DNA of 64,000 nt from the human T2T-CHM13v2.0 reference genome, Homo sapiens. A program made the position numbers and the translations under genes. Positions 41,591-56,445 of the stretch are shown in pieces. Location: NCBI RefSeq assembly GCF_009914755.1, contig NC_060931.1; one strand, written 5' to 3'. The stretch's first letter is position 1, and each line of letters opens with the position of its first letter. The notes under the pieces are model-generated. The model worked only from the letters and a program-made list of their open reading frames with translations. It was not told the origin of the DNA and searched no databases.

Positions 41591-43071
41591 TCCAGATTGT
41601 ACGAGTGCCTCATGATATCTAAGCTACAAAACCATGATGGGGGATGAGGGGAGAGTCTTGCTAGTGTCTCACAGTGCGGCTGGATGACAAGTTAGGAACA
41701 ACAGCAGGACTGAGGCACCAGAGTTGCTAGGCTATGAAACACATCACGTGGAACCATGGAATCACGTGCAATATTTTATTTATTATTTATTATTTTATTT
41801 TTATTTTAATATTTGCTTAATATTTTTATATATTTTTATTTTAATATTTGCTTAACTGTTTTTTATTTCCATCAAGTTGCTCATTTCAATGTTTAATGAA
41901 CATTTAGGGAACAGAGTCCAAGATCTGGGTTCAAAGACCTGAGCAGCAGAGTGAGATGAAATCAAGAAACCTTTCATAAATCTAAAAAATGATCTGTAGG
42001 CTGTTGATACAACTCACAATATCAGATTGGCAGCCTGGAAATTAGTATCTTCAGTTGAGGAATACATTAAAATCTTAAACTAAGGTCTTTCAAGAAACTT
42101 AAAACAGCACGGATAGAAGTGTGTTTTTAACGTATAAAATTATTTGTGCCTGGGATTTAATTTCTTTAACACATTCCAAAATTCCTTTAGGGCATAGGTT
42201 TTGTTCTGCACACCACTGAAATTCTGCATAAGGCACAGTGTCTAGAACCCAGAAAGTATTAAATAATTTTTTGAAAAAATATACTCATGTATATATTCCT
42301 TAGTTTTTGTCAATAGTTATTTGATATTTAGTAAAAATTACATTTTTTGTCTATATATATATATAAAAGCATCCAAAATGATAGAGAATAGAGTGATATC
42401 TAATGCTAACTGCCCAAATTACACAATTATTCCCAGCGAGTACCTATCATATGCTGAGGAATTAATCTGTAGATTCAGATACAGTACAGTGGCCAAGATT
42501 CACCAATAGATTTCTATTTTTTTCTTATACACATTTAACATCAGAATTTGAACATCATAGAAGTTTCAAAACAGTTTGTAGAAGCTACTTAAAATTTGTT
42601 TCAGATCTCCTGTAATATACATTTTATTATTTTGACCCTGCAAAGCAAATATCATTTTTATTTATAAAGCCGATGACATAAAAGCTTATTATACAGAAAC
42701 TTGCATTTCTCATTTCCTAAAACTTGTTTTCTCTTCACATGTTATGACTTTGTTTCAACTTACCATAAATTCACCTTGCTGTTCCAGTTAAACTTGAAAT
42801 TTATCGTGTACTCCTTGCTGCTAACCAGTAAGTCAGTGAGGAAAATATTGTATGTCAGATGCTTTTCTCAGCTCTATTTTCCTCTCTTGTTGGAATTGCC
42901 TTCTTCATTTTTTTGTGTGTTGTATATGATATTCTACTGCATTTTTAAAGAAGAGAGATAACTTCAATGCATTTATAATTCAAAGGTTTACTCATGTTGT
43001 TCTTCTGTTCCAGATGATAGATTTTGAACCATTCTTTAACACTGATTTGGCCATCATACCAAAAAGAAATA

Positions 43072-43400
43072 CAGTTGTCCCTCATTATCCGTGGGGGAAT
43101 TGGTTCCATGACCCCATAGATAACAAGATTCAAAATCCAAAATCGGATGCTTCAGTTCTTTATTTTAAATGGCATAGTATTTTCTATAACCTGCACACAT
43201 CTTCCTGTATACTTTAAATCATCTCTAGATTACTTGTAATACCTAATACAATGTAGATGCTGTATTGATAGTTGCTATATTGTATTGCTATTTGCATTAT
43301 TTTTTATTATTGTGATTTTAATGGTTTTGTATTTTCAAATATGTATTTTCAATCTGCAGTTGGTTGAATTCCCAAGGATACAGGGTGAAAGTGTGACTGT
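43072..43400 (-). mobile_element. MER2-family Tigger MITE
   Basis: TA|CAGTTGTCCCTC..TATCCGTGGGGGAATTGGTTCCA...ATACTTTAAATCATCTCTAGATTACTT.TAATACCTAATACAATGTA. Confidence 0.88.
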
Positions 43401-45686
43401 GTATGTATAAAAGAAACTACATTTTCAAAAGTTGATATTCTAATCATAAAAAATAGACTGCACTAATATATAATCATAGACCACTAATAGAAAAGATATT
43501 AATTGGGATTGAGAATGGAAATCCTATGCTGGCTAAAAAGTCTCTGATGAGCTAAATAGACTGATTTTGCTAAGAGCTACTCTTTCAAGAGCCCACGGGA
43601 AATAGGTACTTATTCAGTTTAGTCAAACATTCAGGAATCCAGACCCTTAGTAATTTGAAACTGTGACAGCTACAAACTTGACCAATGTCAAATTTACCTA
43701 TTTCCCATCAAAATAAATATTTACATAGGAAATAAATCATAAAAACAGAATATTTGGGGATGAAGCATTATTCTTTTCAGTTGTCATTTTATTCGTTTGC
43801 TTATTATTTATAGTGTTTTATAATTAACTGCAAAAAACAAAAAACAAGAAATAAAATATATACATTTAAATTCATTTTAAAATTTAAATTTTAAACCATG
43901 TTTTAAAAAATCTAACTTTAGATTTTGAAATAACTCAGACTATTTTGCTAATTTGTTTGAACTAGTACAGTCTCATATTATAATAAGATTAAGTGACATT
44001 TACTTAGTTTGACTACCCTTTCCTATAGCGAATAAACTGACATTTAAAAAGTTGCTGCTTGCTGGCACTTAAGATTGACTGATGAGGATGTGCAGTCATG
44101 GAGGAAGAGCCAGGACTGAGAAAGAAATATAAATGAGGAAAAGGAAGAGAGAAAAGGAGCCAGACAAGACTTGAGGAGAGATGAGAGAAAGGAAATACTG
44201 TTTGAGGGTAGAAATAGGATAAATGAAGTCACAGAGAAGAGGCTTTCATTTCCACATCTGTTACTTGACCATGTCCATGGTATGAGAGTTTCATAGTTCT
44301 TTTTCTGTTTTTGCAGGCTGCATGCTCAAATATTCTCTATAAAACATAAACCCATCTCCTTACCCTCTCTTCATTTAGCATTTATTTTCAAGATGCTGGC
44401 TACATTGGTACATTAATTTCTTATAGATATTTAATGAGTCAGTTCACATTAACTGGTGTTCCCTTGCTTAAAATAATAATAATAAAGATGCTGGTAGCTT
44501 GTACCTATGATTTTGGTCACCAAAATACAGGATGTTTTTCCATTACCCAGTACTAATAAAAGGTGAGGTACAGAGGTACAGTAGGTGAGACAAATTCATA
44601 GGCTGGCAGCAGCTTAGTTTTTCCTATATTTGACCCCAACTGGAGAAATGTGTATTATTATTTTTCAAGGCTGGGTATAGAGCTATATATTGTTGAGCTG
44701 TTTTATTAATATAAATATATAGAGAGTTAAAATTGTTTTCAAAAAGCATGTTAGGAGTTCACCTAATGGGAGTGACTGAGAAGAAGAAAATGCACAGAAT
44801 TTAGTATAAAGAAATCCCAAATAATAACAATAAAAAAGCATAAAGTATATCTGAAGATTTATGTTCAACAACCTAGTTCAAAATCTATAAGAAGGAATGA
44901 TGATATTATCACACAGAAAATTATCTTATGTGAGGTTCTAGAACTGACTGTAGGTGTCACACAAAATTTAGACAACAGAGATTCTGAGGAAATCAACATA
45001 TCCTACATCAAGGAAATAGATTAAAATGTGGTATGGTCTAAAGGTAAGAGGTCTGAACCAATATTTTAAACTACATAATGCAAGATATACTAATATTAGA
45101 TTCTAAATATTTTTAAATATTTGTGATGTTACTTGTACTTGAACAAATGAATTTTGAACATGCTTCATAATTCTGAAACTCTGCCATTACTTAATGATGC
45201 TAAAATATGCATAATATCCTCTCCTCAAGGAATCTCGATGTGTTTTCCAAAATTAAAACTGTGTCCAAACTGAGTTTTCCAAAATCCTTAATTTTGAGTA
45301 ATGCTGTTATCTTTCACCTCTGGAGTGTTCACAAAATCTATTTTTATTTTCTGAAGGAGTACAGCGTGTATATATTAAACACAGCTAAATGAACCGAGAA
45401 AGAAATCCAGATGTTTAACCATGAAATCTAAATTTTGAAAGAGTCTTTTGAAAATATGCTGAAATGTTTTCAAAATATCATGATGATCAAAACAAATTGT
45501 TATTGGAATGACCTTCACTGTAAGCAGTATTAACAATCCGGTATTATACAGAAAGCATACATCTTTTTTTGAAAAATCTTTGTAATTTTACCATTCAGTG
45601 ATAAATATAAATTCCTGAAAATGCCATTCTTACCAGAAAACCAGTCAATATGGTTTTACATTAGAGCTTTTAAAAACTTAGTTTGT

Positions 45687-46038
<352 letters not shown>

Positions 46039-46137
46039 CTATACACCTCTACCTTCTCTGTATTACTTATCTATGTTTATAGCTATTTATATACATGTAT
46101 ATGTATGTGCATATATATACATATGCATATATATGTG

Positions 46138-46482
46138 TAGAGAATAGAACTGTAGTTACTAGCAGCTTGGAAGAGTAGAGGGTAATAGGGAGAGATTGGT
46201 TAACAGACGTAAAATTTTAGCTAGAGAGCGGGAATAACTTCTAGTGTTCTATAGCACGTTAGGGTGACTGTAGTTAAAAATAATTTAGTCTATATTTTCA
46301 AATAGCTAGAAGAGAGGATTTCGAACGTTCCCAACATTAAGAGATGATAAATGTTCCAAGTGACAGATATGCTACTTACTCTGATTTGATCATTACCTAT
46401 TGTATAAGTGCACTGAAATATCACTTTGTACACCCTAAATGTGTACAATTATTATAGGTCAATTACAAGCCAAAATAAAAAA
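46138..46482 (+). mobile_element. L1MA 3'UTR fragment
   Basis: TTCTAGTGTTCTATAGCAC...TTTCAAATAGCTAGAAGAGAGGATTT...CTGATTTGATCATTAC...; A-rich end. Confidence 0.85.
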
Positions 46483-46499
46483 ACCACACAAATAACTCA

Positions 46500-46698
46500 T
46501 AAGAATACAATATAACAATTATTCATATGGCATGTATATTGTATTAGTAATCTGGAAATGGTTTATAGTATGAGGGAGGATGTGGATAGGTTATATGCAA
46601 ACACTGGGCCGTTTGACATAAGGGATTTGAGCATTCCTGGAGTTTCATATGGAGCAGGGTCCTGGAACTAATCTTCTGCGGATACCAAAGGATAATTG
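46500..46698 (+). mobile_element. MER2 3' half
   Basis: GGGAGGATGTGGATAGGTTATATGCAAACACT...GGTCCTGGAACTAATC..GGATACCAAAGGGATAATTG|TA. Confidence 0.85.
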
Positions 46699-47565
46699 TA
46701 TAAGAATCTTGGCAGCAAAATTGTGGCAGTTCAGAACTATAAAAAAAAGTCAAAGACAATGGGAAAAAAAGACTCAGTCAGGTGTCCTTATTCTCTGCTT
46801 TTGATGGGGCACTGAGACATTGCCTGTGAGGATTTGAGGATTGATTATTTCCTTGTGCTAAGTGTTTTCCTGAACTATGTGTTTTACCTGAACATTGAAA
46901 ACCTACCACCACATCTGAGGGAAGAACTGTTGTTATTTACCTATCTTTCATGAGGCAACTGACACAAGTAGATATTAACTAACTTGACTGTTAGTTGCTG
47001 CTACTAAAGGGCAGAGATGATTCAGAGTGAGGCAGCTGCACTCCAGGGTTCCAGCTCTCAACCGCTGTGCTGCACTGCCTCCCAGGAAATACTGAAGTGC
47101 TAAGCATGGTTGCGGGTCTACGGATGATGCATTACAGTTTATGGACAGAAAAATAATCAAATGCTTCATCTGAAGAAATAAAGGATTAAGAACAATAGAA
47201 CATAGATTCTTCAGAAACTGGATCATATGAGTAAGGTCACAGAAAAGTAAAAAAGTAACATTGTTGAGTTTTCTGCCTTTTCAATAAATTAATGACTTTA
47301 GGAAATATCTATTAGAGATATATAATTTTAAAATATACACACATATATATATATAAACTTTTATTCAGGTATGTTAGAGAGAACCAGTAGAGGGAGCTTT
47401 TAGCCGTAAGTTTACTTTCTATTGTGAAAGGAATTAATCAAATAATGTGTGAAGAAAAATAAATTCTAAATATGATTATTATTTACGTGATACTTCAAAG
47501 CATCCAAAAAATAAATTAAGAATGTTATTTTTTTCAGTTACTTTGGAACTCAGTTACAAGACATA

Positions 47566-50500
47566 TTTTTATTTATAGTAACAGGCAAAATGTATTTATT
47601 GTGTACAACATGATGTTTTGATATATATGTACATTGTGAAATGACTAAATCTGGCTAACTATTCTATGCATTACCTCACATAGTTATCTTTTTTGTAGTG
47701 AGAAAACTTCACTTCAACTCAGTATTTTTGAAGGACCTAGTATATTATTAATTATAGTCACCATGTTATACAATAGAACTCTTGAATTTATAACTTCTGT
47801 TAACTGAAATTTTGTATCCTTTAATGAATACCTCCTCATTCCCCACCAGAAACCCTAGCCCCTGGTAACCAGCATTTTATTTATTTTATTTCTATGGGAT
47901 GAACTTTCTTAGATTCCACATATGAATGAGATGGAACAGGTATAACGGGTTATGCATAAAGTGCCTTATGTACAGGTTATACATAACGTACCTTATTATA
48001 CGCTTATAACTTATGTGTAACAAGTATAAGGTGAGATCTCATTGGGTTTTAATTTGCATTTATCTGATAATCAGTGATGATGAACATTTTTTTCATATAC
48101 CTGTTGGCCATTTGTATGCCTTCTTTTGAGAAATGCCTATTCAGATATTTTGTCTTTTGTCTTTCTGTGCCTGATTTATTTTACTTAACATAATGTCCTT
48201 CAGGTTCATCCATGTTACTGCAAATGATAACACTTCGTTCTTTTTTAATGGGTGAATTGTATTCTATTGTGTGTGTGCGTGCATATAGATAGATATACAA
48301 ACACACATACCACATTTGCTTTATCCATTCATCCTTTGATAGATGCTTAAGCTGATTCAATATCTTAGCTATTGTGAATAATGCTGCAATAAACATGGGA
48401 GTGCAGATATGTTTTCAAAATACTGATTTCACTTCCTTTGGAATATGCCTAGTAGTGGGATTTCTGTATCATATGGTAATTCTATTTTCAATTTGTTGAG
48501 GAGCCTCCATCCTGTTTTTCACAATTGTACTAATTTATATTCCCACAAATAGTGTGCATGGGTTCTTTTTCTCCACATCCTCACCAATACTTACACTTTC
48601 TCATTTTGATAATAGCCATTCTAACAGGTATAAGGTGATATCTCATTGGGTTTTAATTTGCATTTATCTGATAATAGTGATGTTCAACATTTTTTTTCAT
48701 ATACCTGTTGGCTATTTCTATGCTTTCTTTTGAGAAATGCCTATTCAGATATTTTGCCCATTTTTAAATCAGGCTATTTTATTGTTGCTGTTGACTTGTT
48801 TGAGTACCTTATGTATTTTGAATGTTAACCTTTTATCAGACATATAGTTTGCAAATAGTGTCTTCCATTCAGTAGATTTTCTCTTCGTTTTGTTTATTGT
48901 TCCTTTACCTCTGCAGAAGCTTTTATGTTTCATGCGTTCCCATTTGTATATTTTTACTTTTGCTGCCTGTGCTTTTGATGTCATATCTAAAAAGTTTTAT
49001 TGCCCTGACCAATATAAAAATGCTTTCTTCTATGTATTTATCTAGTAGTCTCAAAGTTGTGGGTCTTAGATTTAAGTATTTAATCCATTTTGAGTTGATT
49101 TTTGTATATGGTGTGAGATGGGGATGTAATTTCATCATTTCACATGTGAATATTCAATTTTCCAAACAGCTATCAGGTTCTGGGCTCTTCTTTGACGGTA
49201 GACATTTTATTACTGATTTAATCTCCTTACTTGTTATTGGTCTGTTAAGATTTTCTGTTTTTTTTTTTTCATAATTCACTCTTGGTAGATGGTGTATATC
49301 AAGGAATTAATCCAGTTAAGCTAGGTTATCCAATTTTTTGGTGTATAATTTTTCATAATAGTCTTTGATGATCCTTTGTATTTCTGTTGCATCAGTTATA
49401 ACGTCTCGTCTCTTTGTTTCTGACTTAGTCTTTCTCTTTCTGCCTTTCTTAGGCTAACTAAAGATTTGTTGATTTTGTTTATCTTTCTAAAAAAATCAAC
49501 TCTTAGTTTTGTTGATCTTTTCTATCACTTTTCTAGTCTCTATTTTATTGATTTCTGCCCTGGTCCTTATTATTTTCATCTTTCTACTAACTTTGGACTT
49601 AGTTTGTTTTTGTTTTTCAAGTTTCTTGAGGTGCAATGTTAGGTCATTTACTTGAGATCTTCTTTTTTGATATAGGCATTTATTGCTATAAAACTTCTTA
49701 GAATGGATAAAGTAATTCTTAGAATTGCTTTTGCTCTCCCAGGGGTTTTGGTATTTTGTGTTTCCATTTTCACTGGTCTCAAGAAATTTTTTAAAGTTTT
49801 CATGAACATTTTTTCACAGAAGACTCATTGATTGTTCAGAAGCACGTTCTTTAATTTCCATGCATTTGTAAATTTTCTGAAGTTTCCCCTGTTCAATCAA
49901 ACTATTGATTTCTAGTTTTATATTATTATAGTCATAAAAGATACTTGGTATCATTTCAAAATTCTGATTTTTTATGAATTGTGGCCTACCATATGATCTA
50001 TTTTAGAGAATGAATATGCATAGAATAATGCTTATTCTGTAGTTGTTGGATGGAATGTTATTTATATGTCTGTTACATACATTTGATCTAGAATGTAGTT
50101 CAAGTGTAAGTTTCTTTGTTTTCTGCCTGGGTGATCTGTCCATTGCTGTAAATGGGTTGTAAATCTCCTACTATTGTTTTATTGCAGTCTATATCTCTTT
50201 TTAAGTATATTAATACTTGGTTTGTATATTTAGGTGCTCCAGTTATGGGTACATACGTATTTACAATTGTTATATCCTCTTGCTGAATTAACCCCTTTAT
50301 TATTAAATAATGACTTATTTTTACCTTTTTACAGTTTTTGACTTGGAGTCCATTTAATCTTATATAAATATAGCTACTTCTATTCTCTTTTGGTTTCTAC
50401 TTGCATGGAATATATTTTTCTATTTATTCAATTTCAGTCTATGTGTATTTTTACAGGCAAAGTGAGTTTCCCATAGACATACCATTTAAATCCTGTGATA

Positions 50501-51762
50501 TGAAAATTTGCCTTTTTGATGCTGTCACATAAGTTTCATAAGCTTTTTTTCAGTCCTTGTCATTCTTTATTTTTTTCTTCTGACTTTATATTTTCAAATA
50601 ACCTGTCTGTAAGTTCACAAATATTGTTTTCTGCTTGTTCAGTTTTTCTTTTGATGCTCTCTATTGTATTGTTTGTCTTTCATTGTATTTTTCAGCTCCA
50701 GGATTTCTGTTTTTTTTTTTAATTTAATCCCTCTAATGAATTTCTCATTTTTTTACTTATTATTATTATTGTTTTATTTTGTTCACTTCTCTGTATTTTT
50801 TGAAGTTCTCCGAGCTTCTTTAAAATGGTTATTTTATATTATTTTCAGGCACTTCATGTATTGCTATTTCTGTATGATGTCACTGGCACCTTAAAATATC
50901 TGTTTGGTGTTGTCATGATTCTCATTGTTCTGATCTTTGTACTTCTATGTCAAAGCCTGTGCATGGGAAGTCATTGCTTATTCCAATTTTTATAGTCTTG
51001 CTTTTTCTAGGAAAGCCTTGTGGCAGGCATAGTTCTGGGGCGCATCAGACTCCTGAGCCAGTGTTGACCAGTGTAGCACTGCCAGAATCCTGGGTCCTGC
51101 TTTAGCTGGTACAATGCTGGGGCATGCCAGAATCCCTGGACAGCTGTGACTGGCATGACACTGCCAAAAGCCTGGAACCCACTACAGCAGGCTAGGTGTT
51201 GTGTTTGGCTGGAAGCCCACAGCCTCTGAGAATTGCTTGCTCCTGAGGGCTACCCAAAGCCTGGGACCACTGATGTCAATATGGCAGTTGTGTAGGCCAG
51301 AGATAAATTTCACTAAGCAAGCTTAAAGTGTGAGGCTATGTGGTCTCACCTGGTGAGACCTGGTGTCCTGGTGGGTCTATAGGCTCAGTCTGCTGGTACT
51401 GGTTCGGAATATGGAGCTATGAGGGGTCTGCTGGTGCAGAGTTTTCCTGTGAGTACCCAGTGTTGTGTCCAGGAAAAATCCTGTGCTCACATCCCTTTCA
51501 TTCTATCTAGTGGATGGCATCTCTTTCCATACTGTGCTGCCTGGGGTTGGGAGAGGGGTGATGTGGGTATTGTAAAACTGTGATTCCTACCCTTTCAATG
51601 TGTCTTTTCTTATTATTGTACTACAACGAGGCACTGTGATCTCTCACGTGGTAAAAAGATCCTAGCCCTTGTGACGTTATTTTTGTGCATAGATAGCTGT
51701 TCAGATTGATGTTTCTGTGAAGGGATGCTTGCTGGAGAGTCCTACTCCACTGTCTGGCTCCC
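47566..51762 (-). mobile_element. L1MA element retaining both ends but with large internal deletions and an internal duplication
   Basis: L1MA 3'UTR at 47566, ORF2 remnants (ORFs 48181-49138, e.g. [14 protein letters not shown]), 5'UTR-like GC-richer tract 51000-51762 ending GGAGAGTCCTACTCC; TSD-like ACAAG(A/G)CAT at 47556 and 51763. Confidence 0.85.
48018..48152 (+). repeat. 135-bp out-of-order duplicate of 48622-48756 inside the L1
   Basis: About 7 substitutions and 2 indels; preceded by scrambled filler 47935-48017. Confidence 0.93.
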
Positions 51763-54359
51763 ACAAGGCATTTTTGACTGCTCATCTGTTGCTGTGCTGG
51801 ATATTATCATCCACAGGAGAATTGCAAAGATGGGTGCCTAGACACAACGAGCTTATAATTTTGCTGGTAAAATTGTTAGCTTATTAGAAATGTATTGTGA
51901 ATGAAATTTATACATAATAGTGTATTGGCAATAAGCTTGACAAAGAAGATAAGCAAACAGGAGTTAGAAAGACCAGAGCACAGAGAATAATAGCTGTTCC
52001 CGAAAAGACAAAGGATATGAATTTATGGTGAAGACTGTGAAGGGAATTTTCGATGGGAAAATATTATGAGCAACATGGCTGATTTAGGAATGGGCATGGA
52101 GGGTGAGGAATCATATACATACAACCAAAATAAAAGGTTAATATGAAGGATATAAGACACAGATTTGAATATTGCATGAGGCCGCAAGTGCTGGCAAGGA
52201 GATGAAAGTGATCCAGATGGTAGTAGGAAATAAGAATACATTCTATAATGAGATTGCAGCAGGAATGGAGAGGGTACCGAAGGATGGAGCTAGAGGATAA
52301 TTAGGAAATATAAAAAATTGGAAGGAAAAAACCCTAACAAGAGGCAATAGCAATAATCCAGGCATGAAGTGATTAACTTTGTTAGATGTGATGTGCTGTT
52401 TTTCAAGCCATATAATAAACTCTCCTTACTGAACAAAACAATAATTATGTGCTTTCATTCTCTTGCTTCTCCTTTTAGACTGTGTTAAAAAAAAAAAAAG
52501 AAAATTTAAGCTAGTTTTGGCAGTGTTCCAGTGAGCCAGTTTGTGGCATTTTTGTCCATCTGCCTTTACTTTCATGGTTTACTGATTGCTTATTTTGCAG
52601 TCTTTTGTTTATTTTATTTATTTCTTCATAAACTAAATAAATAACATTTATCTAAAGTATCAGCTGGATATAATGGGGATAGATGTCCAGGGTAATTTTC
52701 CATCATACTTAAAGTCTTCTTTAGGAGTACTTTTCACATTCCACTGCCAACCACTGACCACCAGTATGTTCACCTTTAGCCTTCAGAACTCACGGAAGAA
52801 TAGGCAAGATTAATCGGATCATAAGGATCATATAGAAAACTTATAAAAATGGTAAGGGTAAAAAATATAAATTGGGGTCTTCAATGCCAGTCCAGAGTGT
52901 AATAATGAACAACTGTAAAGTTTATGTATGAGGTGATAATTTTAAGTCAACTCTTTTGAGAGATTAGCATGGGGTTGTCCTTAGAACGGACTGAAGAGCG
53001 GAAGATTAGCAGCAGAGAGAGAAATCAGAAGGCTGTACAATAGGATAAGTATGAATTGATTTCAGAGGGAATGAAGAAGATTTAAGTAGGTAATGAGAGA
53101 AGAGTAAAAAATCAATGATTTACTAGATGTAAAGACTGGAGAAAAAATGTCAAAGATGACTGATATACACAGTTTAAACGATTAGTACTGTAATAGATAT
53201 ATTCGGGAAACGAGCTAGTATTTAGTTGAAAATTGTGTGTCATTTTTAGGCACATTGATTTTTGGTACTCACAGTTGATATAGGCATATGTACAAATATT
53301 TTAAAGCTATTTCTCATATTCTCATAGATTCCATAAAGAAGACTAAAATTCTAAAGGTTGAATAGCCTTCATTTTTTTAAAAAAAGTATAGAACTCATTA
53401 GAAATTAGATTTTTTTCAGAAAAATATTTGGCTAAAAATAGTGAAATCTTTTTTTTTAATTTTATTTTAGATGTCTGCATCGAAACCCTGATAGGTATTT
53501 CATGCTATTTCTTTTCTGGAATGTGAAATCCAGTATTAAGTTTGATACATCAATCAGTATGCTATCCACTCTGACATAGTGAAATTGATTAGTAAAAAAA
53601 CAATGCTTGTGTTGTAGAATTAAAATTTCCTTTTTCTTATTATTATGGAGAACACATGTCAGAGTCCATAGGAGGTACAAACAGGTATTCTATGACAAGG
53701 GACTTGAAAAGGTGGTGTGTTTGTGTCCCTTAAAGTTAAACCATCAGTGGACCTAATTAGCATAAGTTATAGATGCCTTTTTTCCTGAGGTTGACACCAT
53801 GGAGTTATTTGTCAGGGATATTTTTCATCCCTGGAATTTGTCTTTGAATGCATCTTATTACAAACTAGTGATTCGACCAAATTATGGATGTACATCATTT
53901 GTGTTTAGCTAAATAGTCACTTATTGTGTAAAGACATTTTTTGGAAGCTCTAGAGTAATTCACTCTTCTATGCACTCCTGCCTATGCAGTGACTTTTTTT
54001 TTTTTAATGTGTCTTAAGTACTTGCCTGAAAATCATAACCATGCACAGTACAAGTGTCTGAGTAAAGTTACACAAATAATATTGTAATATGACAATACAC
54101 ATCCCTCAATTAGTAGCACCAAGAATAATGCCCTTGCAGTAGACCTGACAATTTCAAACACCATACAATAGGGAACAGCATCCAAGACAGCCAAACCCTC
54201 TGTCATGGCAGAAACAGAAACAGCCTGGGAAATGTTACCTCCATATTCACTTGTGGTAGTAATCATAACTGTTTATTGCTTAAATTAGAGAGAAAGTCCA
54301 GGAAAAAAATTTCTTATTTAGCTGAGTAGTTTTCTCATTCAAAAATGCATTTAACTTTA

Positions 54360-54741
<382 letters not shown>

Positions 54742-55654
54742 TTAGATGTATAGAAGCTACCATCAAAATTAAGCCTTATTTACTGGGATGATTTCAAAGG
54801 TTTCTATTCTTATGCTGATTATTCTGTGATTATTTAAAATTGGTAGAAAGATCTGATTCTGGCTCACTCACTTCTGCTTCTTCCATTTAATTAGCAAGTA
54901 TTTGCCAAGTAGTTATTATATAATTAGCATTGTGCTAGAGTCTTTACGATGCCAACATTTCAAGGAGCAAATTGCTTCTCTCAATGTCTGCATTGCTTGA
55001 AAATGGAGTTGTTAAGTCAAAACTCTTAAGCTGCCAGTAACTTTCTCCCTCTGTTTAATAGTTTACCAAGACCTCCAATGTTGGAACTATCTTGCATGTC
55101 ACACCAATTAAATAAAATGGGTGAATATTTTCAAATTCAGTGGTGGTAAATGTTTCTAGAGGAACACAGCTGTGTGAGTGGGTGCAATAGAACTGGATTT
55201 GATATCAAGTGGCCTTCTACAAGTATGATTTTCCACAAAAAAAACACAAAGCTTAAGTTAAGCCCTGTTATTCCTACTTTCTCTACCTTCAGATTTGAGT
55301 GATAAAGACAATAGAATAAAATATATCCTCTAAGTAGAATATTTGCATTATGTAAGCTAAAAAGATTGGCTTTTTAAAACAATCAAGTGGTGAATATTCA
55401 ACTCCCTAATCCAATCCTTTTTCTTTCAGAACAACTTTGGAATTTCAAGATTTCAAGGTTGTGTGCTCTAGGGCTTTGAAAGGCAGAGTAACTGAGGATA
55501 ATTCTTTGCAAACCATAACAATATTAATAGAATCATCCCATCATGGTTTTAGAAAACAACAACAACCACCACCAATCCATTACTAAATTTTACACCCAAT
55601 AACATTATTAAGGACCAAAATGGATTTAAGTTTTTTCACTTTATTTACAAACAT

Positions 55655-55850
55655 CTAATGCTAGGCACCCAGAATTAGTCCTAATTGTGCTAGGTATTGC
55701 TCCTAGAGCTTTAAATTTATTATCTCATTTGATCCTCACGGTAACCCTATAAGTTTGGTATCATTATCTTTTATTGAAGAAAAGAAGTCTAAGGCAAAGG
55801 TAAGTTAAATGACTTGCAGAGGATCACAAAGTCAGTGGGTGATTGAACCA
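55655..55850 (-). mobile_element. MIR fragment
   Basis: TTATCTCATTTGATCCTCACGGTAACCCTATAAG...AAGTTAAATGACTTGC.GAGGATCACA. Confidence 0.75.
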
Positions 55851-55918
55851 AGATATAAACAAAGACAAGATATAAACAAAGGTATACTGACTTTGCCATC
55901 TTAAAAGTCTGTTAAGGC

Positions 55919-56200
55919 GGCTGGGCGCGGTAATCCCAGCACTTTGGGAGGCCAAGGTGGGTGTATCAGGAGGCCAGGAGATCGAGACCATCCTGGCCAA
56001 CATGATGAAACCCCGTCTCTACTAAAAATGCAAAAATTAGCCAAGCGTGGTGGTGCACACCTGTAATCCCAGCTACTCAGGAGGCTGAGACAGGAGAATC
56101 GCTTGACCCTGGAGGTGGAGATTGCAGTAAACTGAGATTGTGCCACTGTACTCCAGCCTGGCGACAGAGCAAGACTCCATCTGAAAAAAAAAAAAAAAAA
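55919..56200 (+). mobile_element. AluSc with a short 5' internal deletion
   Basis: CAGCCTGGCGACAGAG diagnostic; GGCTCACGCCTG absent; TSD GTCTGTTAAGG. Confidence 0.92.
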
Positions 56201-56408
56201 GAGGTCTGTTAAGGGTAACATTTGCCATTGGTAGATAAGGTTTCCCTTCACAAAAGAAGAGAAACTATGGCATATGTGCAGTCTATGCCTTCTGCCACCC
56301 ACTAAATAGAAAGGGTGCATGTATCTTGGAAGAGACTCGTTAATCAAACAGATGTGCTTTCAATAATGGTGAAATCTCTTCATTAAGCACTGGCAGTAAG
56401 TCATTACA

Positions 56409-56445
56409 ATATCTTCTCTAGCCTTTTGGCTGTGATCAAGGGTAG
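56409..56445 (+). pseudogene. 3'-truncated U2 snRNA retrocopy (about the first 36 nt)
   Basis: ATATCTTCTCTAGCCTTTTGGCTGTGATCAAGGGTAG versus U2 ATCGCTTCTCGGCCTTTTGGCTAAGATCAAGTGTAG. Confidence 0.65.
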
